From: a virus
Reading direction: 5' to 3' (one strand)
IMG/VR virus record: IMGVR_UViG_3300033562_000225
Location: 1 to 64,000 of that record
Length of the DNA stretch: 64,000 bases
The notes beneath the pieces were generated by a model. The model had not been told where the DNA came from and ran no database searches. It saw only the letters and a list, made by a program, of their open reading frames with translations. The translations under genes and the position numbers were made by a program. Shown here piece by piece: positions 1 to 9,887 of this stretch. Positions within the stretch are counted from its first letter, which is position 1, and the number at the start of each line of letters is the position of its first letter.

Positions 1-34
1 AGAGGCTTTTAAACCCAACAAATAAAAGACGATC

Positions 35-304
35 ATGCTAACATTGGACGAGAACTATAGTATCGACACAGACGATACTAACAATTGTACTCTTAAGTAT
101 TCCTGTAACACAGGTAAAGTACATGAGAAGTCAGGTAAGGAAATAGTAACTACTAACGAATGGTACTTCCCCAACATCAAGTTATGCCTACGGGAATACC
201 TACACCAATGTGTTAAGCCCAGCCAGTCGGCCAAGGATATGTTTACGGCCATAGATCGAGCAGAAAAAATAATTATCAACTTAAAACTTACCACACATGC
301 CTAA
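35..304 (+). CDS. hypothetical protein
   Basis: ORF track. Tiles with the following + strand ORFs (8-nt overlap with 297..668). No motif recognised. Confidence 0.45.
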   Translation: MLTLDENYSIDTDDTNNCTLKYSCNTGKVHEKSGKEIVTTNEWYFPNIKLCLREYLHQCVKPSQSAKDMFTAIDRAEKIIINLKLTTHA

Positions 305-668
305 AATGGATGTTATGCTATTAGAAGTCCTAACCCCCGAACAGTTATCTCACGTAAAGATTAAGGCTAAAGAAGTAGTGAAGAAGAATCTTACTTGGGC
401 AGGTCGAATCATACTCGCCTTAGGAGGTCAGTATTACGTTTTAGATTATACTAAAACAGGAGTACATATAGATGTACATGCTACTGTTAAGACTAGGACT
501 TGGCACCCCATAATCATTCTAGGGAGTATCATACAATTCTTTTTCTATATGTTAATAGACTTATGGGATAATATAATCAATTTATTTGGCCTATGTAACC
601 CTAAGCAATTTTCATACACTGAGAAGGTTACTTCTTTCATAGTTCGCAACAACCTCAAGAAAAAGTAA
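297..668 (+). CDS. hypothetical protein with hydrophobic C-terminal segment
   Basis: ORF track. Hydrophobic stretch HPIIILGSIIQFFFYMLIDLW. The stop overlaps the start of the next gene (668). Confidence 0.45.
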   Translation: MPKMDVMLLEVLTPEQLSHVKIKAKEVVKKNLTWAGRIILALGGQYYVLDYTKTGVHIDVHATVKTRTWHPIIILGSIIQFFFYMLIDLWDNIINLFGLCNPKQFSYTEKVTSFIVRNNLKKK

Positions 669-3100
669 TGAAGCAGGTAACAATAAAATCAGTAGGAATT
701 GAAGGGTTTGGGTCATACGTGGCCCCCTTCACTTTCAACATGGAACGCAAAGGAATCAATATCCTTAGGGCTAGCAACGGAACCGGTAAGACTACGGTAT
801 TCTCGGCTATGGTTTGGGCTTTATTCGGAGTAAACCTAAAAGGCGTTACTAAGGACAAAGTAAGCACTTGGAAGCATAAAAGACCGAAAGGCTTCCAAGG
901 CACCCGAGTTGTAGAGTACTTAAACATCGATGGGGCTGAAATCACCATTGCTCGACACATCAAGTACAAGGGACAAACCAACGGGATGACCGGAGGCGAT
1001 ACCTTAATGGTGGGGGCTAATGGTGATCTTATCTCCACCGGTAAAAGCATCGATGAAACTCAGGAACTAATCAACGAGTTAGTTGGATTGGATGGAAAAC
1101 TATTTCTCAACTCGGTTATGTTTGCCCAGCGTAGTAAGAAATTCATCAATGCATCCAACACCGAAAAGAGGGAAGTCCTAGAGCAGGTGTTCAACTTAGA
1201 TTGGGTTTCACAAGCAGCCGAGATAGCCAAGAAGGAGGGTTTAAGGATTCAAACAGATATCGACCTGCTGAATGCTCAGTATAGGCAGCAGGAAGGGCCT
1301 TATACGGCTGCTTTATCCGCTTACAACGTCAACAATGCTAACATCCAGCAGAACAAGCTACGTGTAGCCAACGAACTCCAGCAAATTACCTCAGATATTC
1401 AACAGGCTACTCAAGACCTAGAAGCCAAACGTTTGCTTCTAGCCTCTAATAACTCCGACCAAGTAAAGGTAGAAGTCGAAGAGTTGAAGAAGACTATCTT
1501 AACCATGGAGACTGATTTAGCCCATGCTAAGGAGGAGTTAACCCTTCTCCAAGTGGCCGAGCAAGGCTTGAACTCTACCCGCTCTATGCTTAACATGGCT
1601 GTGTCTAATACTGAACTAATACTCAACAGAAATAAGGAAACGCTAGGAAGGTCTCAGCAGGAATTAGCCGAAATACAGGCAGGTAAAGCAGAAGCCATTA
1701 AAGGGTACAAAGACAGTATAACCGGATGTCAGACTAGGGAGGCCGAGTTAAAGACTGCTTTAGATATGGTGAATGCTGAAAAGATTCCTGTAGAGTTCTC
1801 AACTGAGTTATGTAGGCAGCAATGCTCCAACTTGGACAGAGTGAAGCAGACTATAGAATCCGACTTAGCCTCTTATACGAAAGAGATTGAGAAACTAGAT
1901 CACAATCTAGCCCATATAACCGACCCTTGTAGTCATTGTGGGGCAATACCATTACCTGAGCAGATTGAAGGGCTTAAAGAGCGTATAAATGCTGCTAAAA
2001 AGACTTGGACAGATCTACAAGGACCTGCTGAACTCGCTAAACAATCGACCATAGACGAGCGGGAAGTTTGGGGCAATCACCTACAAGCAGCCTTACTTTA
2101 TGATGAGCAGGCTAAGCAGGTAGTAGAATTAGACATAAACATTACTACCTGTGCTTCTAATGCTACCATTTTTGAGCATGAATTACAGCAGTTAACCTCT
2201 GGCGTGCGTGAAATAGAACTAGGCAAAGACATAGAGAACCTACAGAACTCTATAAGCAGTCAAGAGAAGACTATTGCGGATGCTCAGGCTCAAATGACTC
2301 AACTAGCCATCCAATCCAAGCAGACTACTATTGACCAGTTAATAGCAAGCAACCGACTTACTGAGGCTACCTTATCAGGCTATAAATATCAATTGGAGCA
2401 AAAAAATATCACTCTTCTTAGTCTGGCTTCTGCTCTTTCTGATATTACCAACCTAGAAGGTAAGATTAAAGAGTTATGGTCCCGTGAGCATAGCCGTGAC
2501 GAGGAGCATGATGCCTTATGTACTATGGAGCAGGACCTAGGTAAAGAATACACTCGCCTACTTACCCTCTACAACGAACTAGGTCAGACTAAGGAACGCT
2601 TAACCGCATTAGAGACCGATAAAGACCGCTATAAATGGTGGCAAAGTGTCGGGTTCGGAACCTCTGGTATTAAGTCTTTAGTCTTCTCAGTTATGCTTAC
2701 CAGGCTAAATGAAGCAATGGCTATCTATTCACAGCGTCTAGGAGTGTCGGCTAGGTTCGTAGTTGATATGGATAAGGCTAGGAAGGACATCGAAGTAGAG
2801 GTACTGAAGGATGGCCATATTGTAGGGTATGATTGCTTATCCGGTGGGGAAGCCCAGCGCATCGACATTATCTCTCTATGCGGGATGCATGACCTAATCT
2901 CGGCCACCGATGTTATGTTAAACATTCTAGTATTGGATGAGGTATTTGAAGGGCTAGACGCGGAAGGTGTCGAAGCAGTATTCAATCTCATTGCATATAA
3001 GCAGCAGTCTACTCCTAACGTGTTTATCATCACCCATGCTCAGGAGTTGAGTGTAGTAAATGCCAATATAATCGACCTAGAGTATGAACTTCAAAACTAG
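668..3100 (+). CDS. SbcC/Rad50-family SMC-like recombination ATPase
   Basis: N-terminal Walker A (RASNGTGKTT). Long heptad-like central region with a CxxC zinc-hook-like motif (DPCSHCG). C-terminal ABC signature (LSGGEAQR), Walker B (ILVLDEVFEGLD) and H-loop (FIITHA). Confidence 0.85.
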   Translation: MKQVTIKSVGIEGFGSYVAPFTFNMERKGINILRASNGTGKTTVFSAMVWALFGVNLKGVTKDKVSTWKHKRPKGFQGTRVVEYLNIDGAEITIARHIKYKGQTNGMTGGDTLMVGANGDLISTGKSIDETQELINELVGLDGKLFLNSVMFAQRSKKFINASNTEKREVLEQVFNLDWVSQAAEIAKKEGLRIQTDIDLLNAQYRQQEGPYTAALSAYNVNNANIQQNKLRVANELQQITSDIQQATQDLEAKRLLLASNNSDQVKVEVEELKKTILTMETDLAHAKEELTLLQVAEQGLNSTRSMLNMAVSNTELILNRNKETLGRSQQELAEIQAGKAEAIKGYKDSITGCQTREAELKTALDMVNAEKIPVEFSTELCRQQCSNLDRVKQTIESDLASYTKEIEKLDHNLAHITDPCSHCGAIPLPEQIEGLKERINAAKKTWTDLQGPAELAKQSTIDEREVWGNHLQAALLYDEQAKQVVELDINITTCASNATIFEHELQQLTSGVREIELGKDIENLQNSISSQEKTIADAQAQMTQLAIQSKQTTIDQLIASNRLTEATLSGYKYQLEQKNITLLSLASALSDITNLEGKIKELWSREHSRDEEHDALCTMEQDLGKEYTRLLTLYNELGQTKERLTALETDKDRYKWWQSVGFGTSGIKSLVFSVMLTRLNEAMAIYSQRLGVSARFVVDMDKARKDIEVEVLKDGHIVGYDCLSGGEAQRIDIISLCGMHDLISATDVMLNILVLDEVFEGLDAEGVEAVFNLIAYKQQSTPNVFIITHAQELSVVNANIIDLEYELQN

Positions 3101-3106
3101 TTAGCC

Positions 3107-3532
3107 ATGACTAACAAGCAGCAACTTGCCCTAGGCTATTTCAAAGAGGTTAGATTGGCTCCTACCCCCCTCACCCTAGATGTATGGGTATGCAGTGATA
3201 CTCAGGCCTTAGTACCTAAATTCATTCAGCGTTACGGAGAATTAGAAGAGGATGGTAAAAGATGGGGTGACGCTGATGGTATTGTTCCTAATGGAGTACT
3301 TAGAATAACTACAGGCACCGCCGGAGAAATACCTTACACCTACAAGATGATTATGGTGTTAGATAGATTCGACCCTCAGACCATAGTACATGAGAGTACT
3401 CATGTACTACTTCGTCTATCCGAAAGGGTGGGGTTGCAAATAGCAGGAGCCGACGAGTGGTGTGCTTACTTCCAAGACTACCTATTTGAACTCATAACCG
3501 ACGTAGGAAGTTACAATCGACTATGTAAGTAA
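3107..3532 (+). CDS. hypothetical protein with HExxH zinc-metallopeptidase-like motif
   Basis: The only motif is VHESTHVLL (HExxH). Lies directly downstream of the Rad50-like gene and is followed by a bidirectional terminator. Confidence 0.4.
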   Translation: MTNKQQLALGYFKEVRLAPTPLTLDVWVCSDTQALVPKFIQRYGELEEDGKRWGDADGIVPNGVLRITTGTAGEIPYTYKMIMVLDRFDPQTIVHESTHVLLRLSERVGLQIAGADEWCAYFQDYLFELITDVGSYNRLCK

Positions 3533-3536
3533 CAAG

Positions 3537-3568
3537 AAAATCCCCTATCGATTTGATAGGGGATTTTT
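3537..3568. terminator. bidirectional intrinsic terminator between convergent genes
   Basis: Stem cccctatc (3542-3549) / gatagggg (3555-3562) with a 5-nt loop. A-run upstream and T5 downstream. Confidence 0.8.
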
Positions 3569-3588
3569 ACATTTAAAACCTTTCCTTT

Positions 3589-3993
3589 TTACTTCTTACT
3601 GGTAGGAACCTCAACTACAGGCTCAGCAGTATTAAGCACTGGCTCGAGTTTTGGATCTACCATAGGGCTTACAGGAGCAGGGTTAAAAGGATTAAAAGCC
3701 TCAACCACGTCCTTAACTTCATCCGCCTCGGTAGTCTCTTCAGACAACTCTTCAGGCTCGTCCAATGGCTCTACTTCACCAGCCCTACTTGCCATAAGTA
3801 AAGCCTCAGCCTCATCGAATGCCTGGTAATCGGGTAACAAGTTCTCTGGGTTCAGATGGGTATAGTTACCATCGTAAGCCCTACCGAATACGGTGCTTTT
3901 ATGGCTACCCTCGAAGTTAGCCACAATTACTAATTGGATGCCTACTACATAGACAACTACTTGGGCGTTCTTGCCAACTCTAAAATGTTTCAT
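3589..3993 (-). CDS. hypothetical protein with acidic C-terminal half
   Basis: ORF track. The beta-rich N-terminal half is followed by an E/D/P-rich region. First gene of the minus-strand replication block as read from the left. An SSB-like role is only a guess. Confidence 0.55.
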   Translation of the reverse strand: MKHFRVGKNAQVVVYVVGIQLVIVANFEGSHKSTVFGRAYDGNYTHLNPENLLPDYQAFDEAEALLMASRAGEVEPLDEPEELSEETTEADEVKDVVEAFNPFNPAPVSPMVDPKLEPVLNTAEPVVEVPTSKK

Positions 3994-4007
3994 TGTTCAA
4001 ATTGTTT

Positions 4008-4718
4008 TTAGTCTTCGTATCGAGTCCATTCTACACAGGGAGTTGTATCATCCACTGTGAAGTCTATCCTAGCGGCATATAGCCTGAAAATTTCCTGTTG
4101 TAGCCTGTCGTACTGAGCCATTCTAAAAGGAGTAACAGATTGCCTATCCCCTCTCCACCTGGTGCTCTGGCTTAATGCAAATATGGTAGTGTTACTTGTA
4201 CCCTCCCGGAAGGATACTATGAACCGTACCGAGCAATGCTCTTTAGATCTATTAGCATCCAAATCTAGGAAGATTTCATGCCACTTATGCTCATCATCAG
4301 TAGCAACTATACAGGTGATTTCTCCTTCACTTTCACTAGAGTCCTCTTCCATGGCTATAGCCTTAACCTTATCAACCAACTCAGTTAAAGTCATGGTTTT
4401 GCTTGATACAAACCCTAAAGTCTCTTCTACTAGTTTGGTGATAGGGGCAATAGTTCCAGCATTCACACACTTAACTAAATGCTCTTGGATGATGGTTGAA
4501 ATTAGGCCATTGTAGTCTACCATGTCGAACTTCTGTAGATTTACATCCAACTGCTGCTCAATACGTGATTTAATGGCCTTACCTGTGTCTGAATACGACT
4601 TGAGGACTTCCCCCAGTATATCATCTACAAGTTTTGTTACCTTACCTTCAATAATCTCAGGTAACTTTTCTACTATCGTTTTATCGATAGCCTCTTGAAT
4701 AGTTTTGTTTAAGTCCAT
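4008..4718 (-). CDS. hypothetical protein
   Basis: 236-aa ORF tightly packed between neighbours. It shares the upstream context CAAATTGTTTTTAG (plus-strand reading) with gene 3589..3993. Confidence 0.6.
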   Translation of the reverse strand: MDLNKTIQEAIDKTIVEKLPEIIEGKVTKLVDDILGEVLKSYSDTGKAIKSRIEQQLDVNLQKFDMVDYNGLISTIIQEHLVKCVNAGTIAPITKLVEETLGFVSSKTMTLTELVDKVKAIAMEEDSSESEGEITCIVATDDEHKWHEIFLDLDANRSKEHCSVRFIVSFREGTSNTTIFALSQSTRWRGDRQSVTPFRMAQYDRLQQEIFRLYAARIDFTVDDTTPCVEWTRYED

Positions 4719-4721
4719 GGC

Positions 4722-5159
4722 TCAAATTGTTTTTAGTTCGTTTTTATACTTAGCCGTAGCCTGCCTGGCTAACTTATCGGCTTCCTTGTTTTCTTCTCTT
4801 GGTACCCATTTGACTTGAAGGGTTAATCCTAGTCTACGGTACAAGTCGTGGATGATTAAGAATACTTCCAAATATACAGAAAATTTAGCACTCGAATACA
4901 CCCCATTAACTACTGAAGCACAGAATTGAGAATCTGTTCTAATCTCTGTATCCTTGATTTTAGTTATCCCTAACCAAGCCGCCAGTAGAATGCCTTTAAA
5001 TTCACCCGTGTTGACCGTGCCCGCTCCCAACTGACTACTGCATGAGAAGTCTTGGGCATATACTCCGGCTCCGGTAAGCCATTGGTGTTCTCCAATACGA
5101 TATACCGAAGCGTCAGAGTTTATGATGTAAAGGTTACTCATGAGAATAGTTGATTTCAT
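4722..5159 (-). CDS. RNase H (RNase HI-like)
   Basis: DEDD-type pattern: INSDAS, NTGEFKG, RTDSQ, and C-terminal WVPREENKEADKLARQA, which is typical of RNase HI. Confidence 0.75.
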   Translation of the reverse strand: MKSTILMSNLYIINSDASVYRIGEHQWLTGAGVYAQDFSCSSQLGAGTVNTGEFKGILLAAWLGITKIKDTEIRTDSQFCASVVNGVYSSAKFSVYLEVFLIIHDLYRRLGLTLQVKWVPREENKEADKLARQATAKYKNELKTI

Positions 5160-5760
5160 AGGCTGCTATGATTTCTTGGAAAGGTATCTTAAATAGATCA
5201 ACGCTAGAAAATACCCCAAATCCATTGCAGCTATCCCAAGGCTTTTGTCTATAATAGGCTACTCCTTCTAAGTAGATGTGAAGCCTCATCATGTCTCTGG
5301 ATGCTAGGTATATACTCCATCCTTTCTGCTTACCTACTTTGATAAAACAAATAGGAATCTTATTCTCCCTAGCAGCATCCCGTTTGGCCTGTTCCCAAAT
5401 CTTATACATGGTACAAGTAGGGACAAGTAAGCCTTCTTTGACCACACAGGTCACTTTAGCATAGTGCTTAGTCTCTACTGAGAAGGGGAATACCGCGTTA
5501 ATATCAGGACAAACTAAATCACCTACTATATTCTGCCCATCTTTCCAGCGTAACCCCCCTGAAGAAGGAACCCTAGCAAAGTCAATCCCTGCCCACTTAC
5601 GCAACTTTTTGACTAAAGCCCTCTCATTGGCGGCTCCTATAAGATGGGAGTTCTTCCTAGGTGCTTTTATTTTACCTAGTAGATCTTCGTAGGATTCTTC
5701 CATGCTATAAAGTGGGTATAGTTCATTTCGTTTGGGATAAAAATACCTTTGTCTTGGCAA
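5134..5760 (-). CDS. PD-(D/E)xK nuclease, archaeal Hjc-like Holliday-junction resolvase candidate
   Basis: Pattern FARVPSSGG...VGDLVCPD...FSVETKHY resembles the GSG...D...E-x-K core of Hjc-type resolvases. The track start overlaps the upstream gene by 85 nt. ATG at 5703 (MEESYEDL) is the more likely start. Confidence 0.5.
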   Translation of the reverse strand: MPRQRYFYPKRNELYPLYSMEESYEDLLGKIKAPRKNSHLIGAANERALVKKLRKWAGIDFARVPSSGGLRWKDGQNIVGDLVCPDINAVFPFSVETKHYAKVTCVVKEGLLVPTCTMYKIWEQAKRDAARENKIPICFIKVGKQKGWSIYLASRDMMRLHIYLEGVAYYRQKPWDSCNGFGVFSSVDLFKIPFQEIIAAYEINYSHE

Positions 5761-6116
5761 TACTTAACAAAGTCTACCGCTAGTTCCGCGTGGGTATAGC
5801 GAAGTTTAGGTAGGTGTTTGAAGGATAACTTCACATGCTGTAGCATGACGTTGTAGGGGTGGTTAATAGTGCCTCCATTGTCTATGCTTCGCATCAATGC
5901 TATTCCATGGCCGACACTGGCCGAGGTTTTGTTCAGCATTTTTCCTATCTCTACGTCACTTAGGTCGGTATAAATCCCTAGGATGTAGTAGCAAATATGC
6001 CTAGCAATAACTCCATCATCCTGCTTGGCCTTACCTTTGATTATTCTAAGAGGAATATCCGTAAGTAGGGCAATCTTCTCTAGCATTCTATCAACTTCCG
6101 CGTAGCTACTCATCAC
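5676..6116 (-). CDS. DnaA domain IV-like helix-turn-helix DNA-binding protein
   Basis: VIARHICYYILGIYTDLSDVEIGKMLNKTSASVGHGIALMRS resembles the DnaA C-terminal DNA-binding domain pattern (R..A.y....T..S...IG.......TV.H). Confidence 0.45.
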   Translation of the reverse strand: MMSSYAEVDRMLEKIALLTDIPLRIIKGKAKQDDGVIARHICYYILGIYTDLSDVEIGKMLNKTSASVGHGIALMRSIDNGGTINHPYNVMLQHVKLSFKHLPKLRYTHAELAVDFVKYCQDKGIFIPNEMNYTHFIAWKNPTKIY

Positions 6117-6549
6117 AAGAAATGTTTAGTCGTTGTTCTAATCTGGCTAAAAGTACCTGGTTGTTGATAGCAGCCAGTTCTAGCTTAGACATCCAAACTG
6201 TATTCCTTCGTAGTTCGGCTCTTACTTTTTGAGACTTAATGCTTAGCAAACTCTTTAGGACTTTGATCCTGAACTCTACCAAATCCTTTTCAGATAAGGT
6301 GGGGATCATGTCTTCAGTCAGTCCAATGTCGAAGTTATCACAAACATAAGGATGCTGGCGAAGTAAGGATCGTATCCCTACTATGAGTTGTATAGCTCTT
6401 GCTTTAGTTAGAACAGCCATAGAACAATTAGTCCCATCGTCTAAAAATAAATTGATATTGTCGAATACTACTGTTCCAGTTATCCTAGCCCCCAGAGCCT
6501 TAAAGTCTCCATTAGTGTTGAAATCAAATAACTTATGAGTCTGTTCCAT
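6106..6549 (-). CDS. hypothetical protein
   Basis: ORF track. Tiles between the helicase and the HTH gene. Confidence 0.55.
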   Translation of the reverse strand: MEQTHKLFDFNTNGDFKALGARITGTVVFDNINLFLDDGTNCSMAVLTKARAIQLIVGIRSLLRQHPYVCDNFDIGLTEDMIPTLSEKDLVEFRIKVLKSLLSIKSQKVRAELRRNTVWMSKLELAAINNQVLLARLEQRLNISCDE

Positions 6550-6573
6550 AATCTTAAACTGTTAAAAGTGTTG

Positions 6574-7893
6574 TTACCAGATAATATTTACTGACGTACT
6601 GGCTCTGGTGATAGCCGTGTATATCAGCTTATTTCGCTCGTAGGTGTTTGGGTTCTTCCACATGTCAGCCATATCGAGTAGGCAATGTGTAAAAGTAGAA
6701 CCTTGAGAGCGGTGAACAGTCATAGCATAACCATGCTGCCATTCAATAAACAAACGCTTGAACGCGTAGAAATCTCTCCATGCTCCTTTAGCCATTAGGC
6801 TACCTTTAGGAAAAGTCTTAGCCCTATTTGCTAGGTTGGTGCAAAGGTTGTCATATATCGGTTTACCTTCCTCAGTTGGAACGTAAATCTTAAATGTCTC
6901 CTTCATATCGTCGGGAGCAATCACACATTCATAGGAAGGAATTTGTATTCCTGCTCCTAGATCAATAACCTCATGCCTAGTGGATACAATAACCCCTTCC
7001 GTATTGTTATCTAGTAGTGTTTGCTCACCTTCTGTTAAGGGCTCTTTGAGTATGATCCTGTCGCCTGGCGATATAAGTTCGGTGAAAGTGGGGTGAAGGA
7101 TTCGACGGATTTTGCTGTTATAGGCGGTTACTTTGTAATCATGCCAACTAGTGATCTTGGCATGATCAGTATCAGAGTTCTCCAAATACCTGTCAATAAA
7201 CTTATTACTGTTAGACATGAAGTTTATCTGCCCCATATCAGTAACCTCTGGAGTAACCATATCTACTAAGGCTCTATAAGATACATTCTCACCCATTAAC
7301 CTAACATTTCGGGCTGCCTTAATAATAGGAGAACCCTCGGCCTGTCTCACTATACTATTTAGAGTTAGGACTTCCATATTCATGCCTTGCTGATAAGCAG
7401 AATCAAATACAGGGCTAAACGCTTCCCCTATAGGAGGTAGTTGGCCGCCGTCCCCTACAAATACGATAGGAATGTGATTATCATAGGATAACTTTTTTAC
7501 ATACCCTAGCAAGGAAGTATTAACCATAGAGGACTCTTCTATAATCAACTTCCTACAGCCTGCTGACTTATCCTTTCCAGACGGGATGAAAGACCGACTA
7601 CCATCGGGTAAAATATCCTCCCTAAGACCACAAAAAGCGTGGATAGTATCAAAAGTAATGTCCTCGCTATCTATTTTTCTAGCAATAACTTTCTTAGCCT
7701 TATGGGTAGGAGCCAGTACCACAAGCCCATCTGAATTATTGTCAGCCCACTCAGCCGCTAGGGTAGTTTTACCTGACCCAGCCCAGCCTTCGAGCAGAAA
7801 GAATAGGTTAGAGGATTCCAGATTTTTAGTCCGAAGTCTAAAAGCCTCTAACTTCTCCATTCCTTTCTGCTGGTCTTCGTTAAGTGTTACCAT
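6574..7893 (-). CDS. SF1 DNA helicase (Dda/RecD-like)
   Basis: Motif I GWAGSGKTT, motif II LIIEESSM, motif III VGDGGQLPPI, motif V/VI MTVHRSQGSTF and YTAITRA. Confidence 0.85.
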   Translation of the reverse strand: MVTLNEDQQKGMEKLEAFRLRTKNLESSNLFFLLEGWAGSGKTTLAAEWADNNSDGLVVLAPTHKAKKVIARKIDSEDITFDTIHAFCGLREDILPDGSRSFIPSGKDKSAGCRKLIIEESSMVNTSLLGYVKKLSYDNHIPIVFVGDGGQLPPIGEAFSPVFDSAYQQGMNMEVLTLNSIVRQAEGSPIIKAARNVRLMGENVSYRALVDMVTPEVTDMGQINFMSNSNKFIDRYLENSDTDHAKITSWHDYKVTAYNSKIRRILHPTFTELISPGDRIILKEPLTEGEQTLLDNNTEGVIVSTRHEVIDLGAGIQIPSYECVIAPDDMKETFKIYVPTEEGKPIYDNLCTNLANRAKTFPKGSLMAKGAWRDFYAFKRLFIEWQHGYAMTVHRSQGSTFTHCLLDMADMWKNPNTYERNKLIYTAITRASTSVNIIW

Positions 7894-8153
7894 TACTCAG
7901 CAAGTTTTAACTCATACTCCTCTGCTGCCTCAAACCTTTTGTAAGGGGTTTCTATAGTTGAGTCTATATACTCACCTATAGGGTCTAAGGCATCAGCCCC
8001 CCATGATAACTCATCTGAGTCGGTGCTTACTATTACAACAGACTTGTTAGAAAATTCTAAATCATATCCCACCACTATAGCCGGTGATCCTGATATTATT
8101 ACTTTCTTACCTCTCCACTCTTCAAAGAGTTCTTTACTTGTTTTCTTTGCCAT
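7893..8153 (-). CDS. hypothetical protein
   Basis: ORF track. Its stop overlaps the helicase start by 1 nt at 7893. Confidence 0.5.
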   Translation of the reverse strand: MAKKTSKELFEEWRGKKVIISGSPAIVVGYDLEFSNKSVVIVSTDSDELSWGADALDPIGEYIDSTIETPYKRFEAAEEYELKLAE

Positions 8154-8164
8154 ATTACTTAAAA

Positions 8165-8407
8165 TTAAACGGTTACTTTATCTTCTTTCGTGTTAGACTC
8201 GATTAAGGCCATTTGGTTGTCTGCCCATTTAGTAGCTTTATCCCAATGTTTTTGCTTAGGCTCTCCGAACCAGTGAGTGAATCTTTTGGTGACTACTACT
8301 ATTCTTGTGGTAGTTGGGGTGCCTAGGACTGTGATCTGCATAGGCGTGGATATTTCAGCAATAACGCTGTATTGGTCCCTAAAAATCTTTTTATGATAGG
8401 TTGTCAT
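8165..8407 (-). CDS. hypothetical protein
   Basis: ORF track. Tiling minus-strand ORF. Confidence 0.5.
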   Translation of the reverse strand: MTTYHKKIFRDQYSVIAEISTPMQITVLGTPTTTRIVVVTKRFTHWFGEPKQKHWDKATKWADNQMALIESNTKEDKVTV

Positions 8408-8497
8408 CTTTCTTGTTGTTTTTAAGAAATTGTACTTGAACTATTTTATCACTTCCCCACCATAGGAGAAATAAGCCTAACGTTATCCAGTCAATCA

Positions 8498-8692
8498 TTA
8501 GATCCAATGGTTTTTTACATGATACCTAAAGTACGCCGCCTTGAACCATAAAATACACATGGCTGCATATACCATCGACCAAAGCCATTCATGCGCGATT
8601 ATATGGCATAATAAGAACGGAACTACTGGTAAGACTACCAAGTATAGGCCTAGGGTTTGAAAGGCTAAAAATACCCCTTTAAAGAACCTCAT
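8498..8692 (-). CDS. small membrane protein (2 predicted TM segments)
   Basis: Hydrophobic segments FLAFQTLGLYLVVLPVVPFLL and WLWSMVYAAMCILWF. Confidence 0.5.
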   Translation of the reverse strand: MRFFKGVFLAFQTLGLYLVVLPVVPFLLCHIIAHEWLWSMVYAAMCILWFKAAYFRYHVKNHWI

Positions 8693-9197
8693 TTACAAAC
8701 TTCTTTAGGTAGTCCATAAACTTGTTCTTATCTTTTTCGGATATGTACTTGCCGTTTACCCTAACATCAAGAGTGATATCGATTTTAGATGTTGGTACAA
8801 CAGGTTCGGGACGTTTCCACTGTGTATAACTACCATAGAAAGCGGTAATGAGGCCTTTTACTACTACTTGGGCTCCTTCAAAACATACAAATAGCGTAGG
8901 TAGCCATCCACTTACTTCACTAAATACCATAATCTTGTCACCTTGTTGTAAAGGTCTTTCCCAAGGGGTTTCTAAGTCGAGTAGGAGGTCAGCAGGACTA
9001 CTATGAGTACTGGAGATACACCCTTCAGCGTTGTAACTGAATACCTTAGGCTGCATAGTATTAGTGAGGGCTCTAATAGGTAACCAGCCAGCAATACCTG
9101 CATTAAAGCAGTCAAATTCTTGTATCTTATCCCCGCCCCTAGTAATCAATGGGTGGCCTAATTTAGCTAGTTCTAAATCAAATGGTGCTGTTTTCAT
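8679..9197 (-). CDS. hypothetical protein
   Basis: ORF track. 4-nt overlap with the upstream ORF (9194). Confidence 0.55.
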   Translation of the reverse strand: MKTAPFDLELAKLGHPLITRGGDKIQEFDCFNAGIAGWLPIRALTNTMQPKVFSYNAEGCISSTHSSPADLLLDLETPWERPLQQGDKIMVFSEVSGWLPTLFVCFEGAQVVVKGLITAFYGSYTQWKRPEPVVPTSKIDITLDVRVNGKYISEKDKNKFMDYLKKFVNEVL

Positions 9198-9643
9198 CGC
9201 TTTACAAATAAGTTGTTTCTTGTCACTATAAACCCAGACTTACCATATTTAGCCCAAAGCATTTCAACTGCTTCGTGGGTAACCATTTTAGTCTGCTTGG
9301 TTTCTCCGTCTTTTATGATGCTAGCGTAATATGGGGCATCTGGTGCCCCTCCTAGCATTTGGTAGATACTGTTTACTACTCCTTCGGTAATAGCGGTTAG
9401 GCTAAACATCGGGGTACCTTGAGCATTCACCACCTTAATTTTTGATGGTGATAAATCTGGAACCTCCTTAATAATTAAGTGGTAGGTATCCAGAATATCA
9501 ATCTCCGTTCGGTCTAGCATAGCATCCTCCAGATCACTTATGAATTGCCTAATTAGTGGCCATACCTTTTGAGCATTTAAGGCCGCATTAAGCTCTTCAT
9601 CTGTATCAAAAGTAACGATGTACTTTTTCTTTATGATATCCAT
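9194..9643 (-). CDS. hypothetical protein
   Basis: ORF track. Tiling. Confidence 0.55.
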   Translation of the reverse strand: MDIIKKKYIVTFDTDEELNAALNAQKVWPLIRQFISDLEDAMLDRTEIDILDTYHLIIKEVPDLSPSKIKVVNAQGTPMFSLTAITEGVVNSIYQMLGGAPDAPYYASIIKDGETKQTKMVTHEAVEMLWAKYGKSGFIVTRNNLFVKR

Positions 9644-9649
9644 TTTAGG

Positions 9650-9886
9650 CTACTGAATTTTAATAGCATAATGACAAACTCTATACTTGCCGGTGATCTG
9701 CATAAACAAATCCAAGGCCGGTGCAATGCATTCATCTGCTAAAAGGTTGTTGGCTTCATCTAAACTGCCAAAGATATATCCTTGATACAAAGCAGTTGAG
9801 GGATGAGTAGACTCAAATAGCCAACCTGTAGTCTCTTCCGGTGTTAAGGTACCAATCTGTAACTGGTCAATTCGTACTGTTTTCAT
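9650..9886 (-). CDS. hypothetical protein
   Basis: ORF track. Tiling. Confidence 0.5.
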   Translation of the reverse strand: MKTVRIDQLQIGTLTPEETTGWLFESTHPSTALYQGYIFGSLDEANNLLADECIAPALDLFMQITGKYRVCHYAIKIQ

Positions 9887-9887
9887 A

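Noticed and set aside
1-34. GAGGCTTTTAAACCC at the left edge, about 28 nt before the ATG at 35. It resembles the CGACCTTTTAAATTT tail of leader copy A and could be a third, truncated leader copy.
   Set aside because: Only the tail is inside the window. The hairpin and the 5' partner cannot be examined, and the match is short and A/T-rich.
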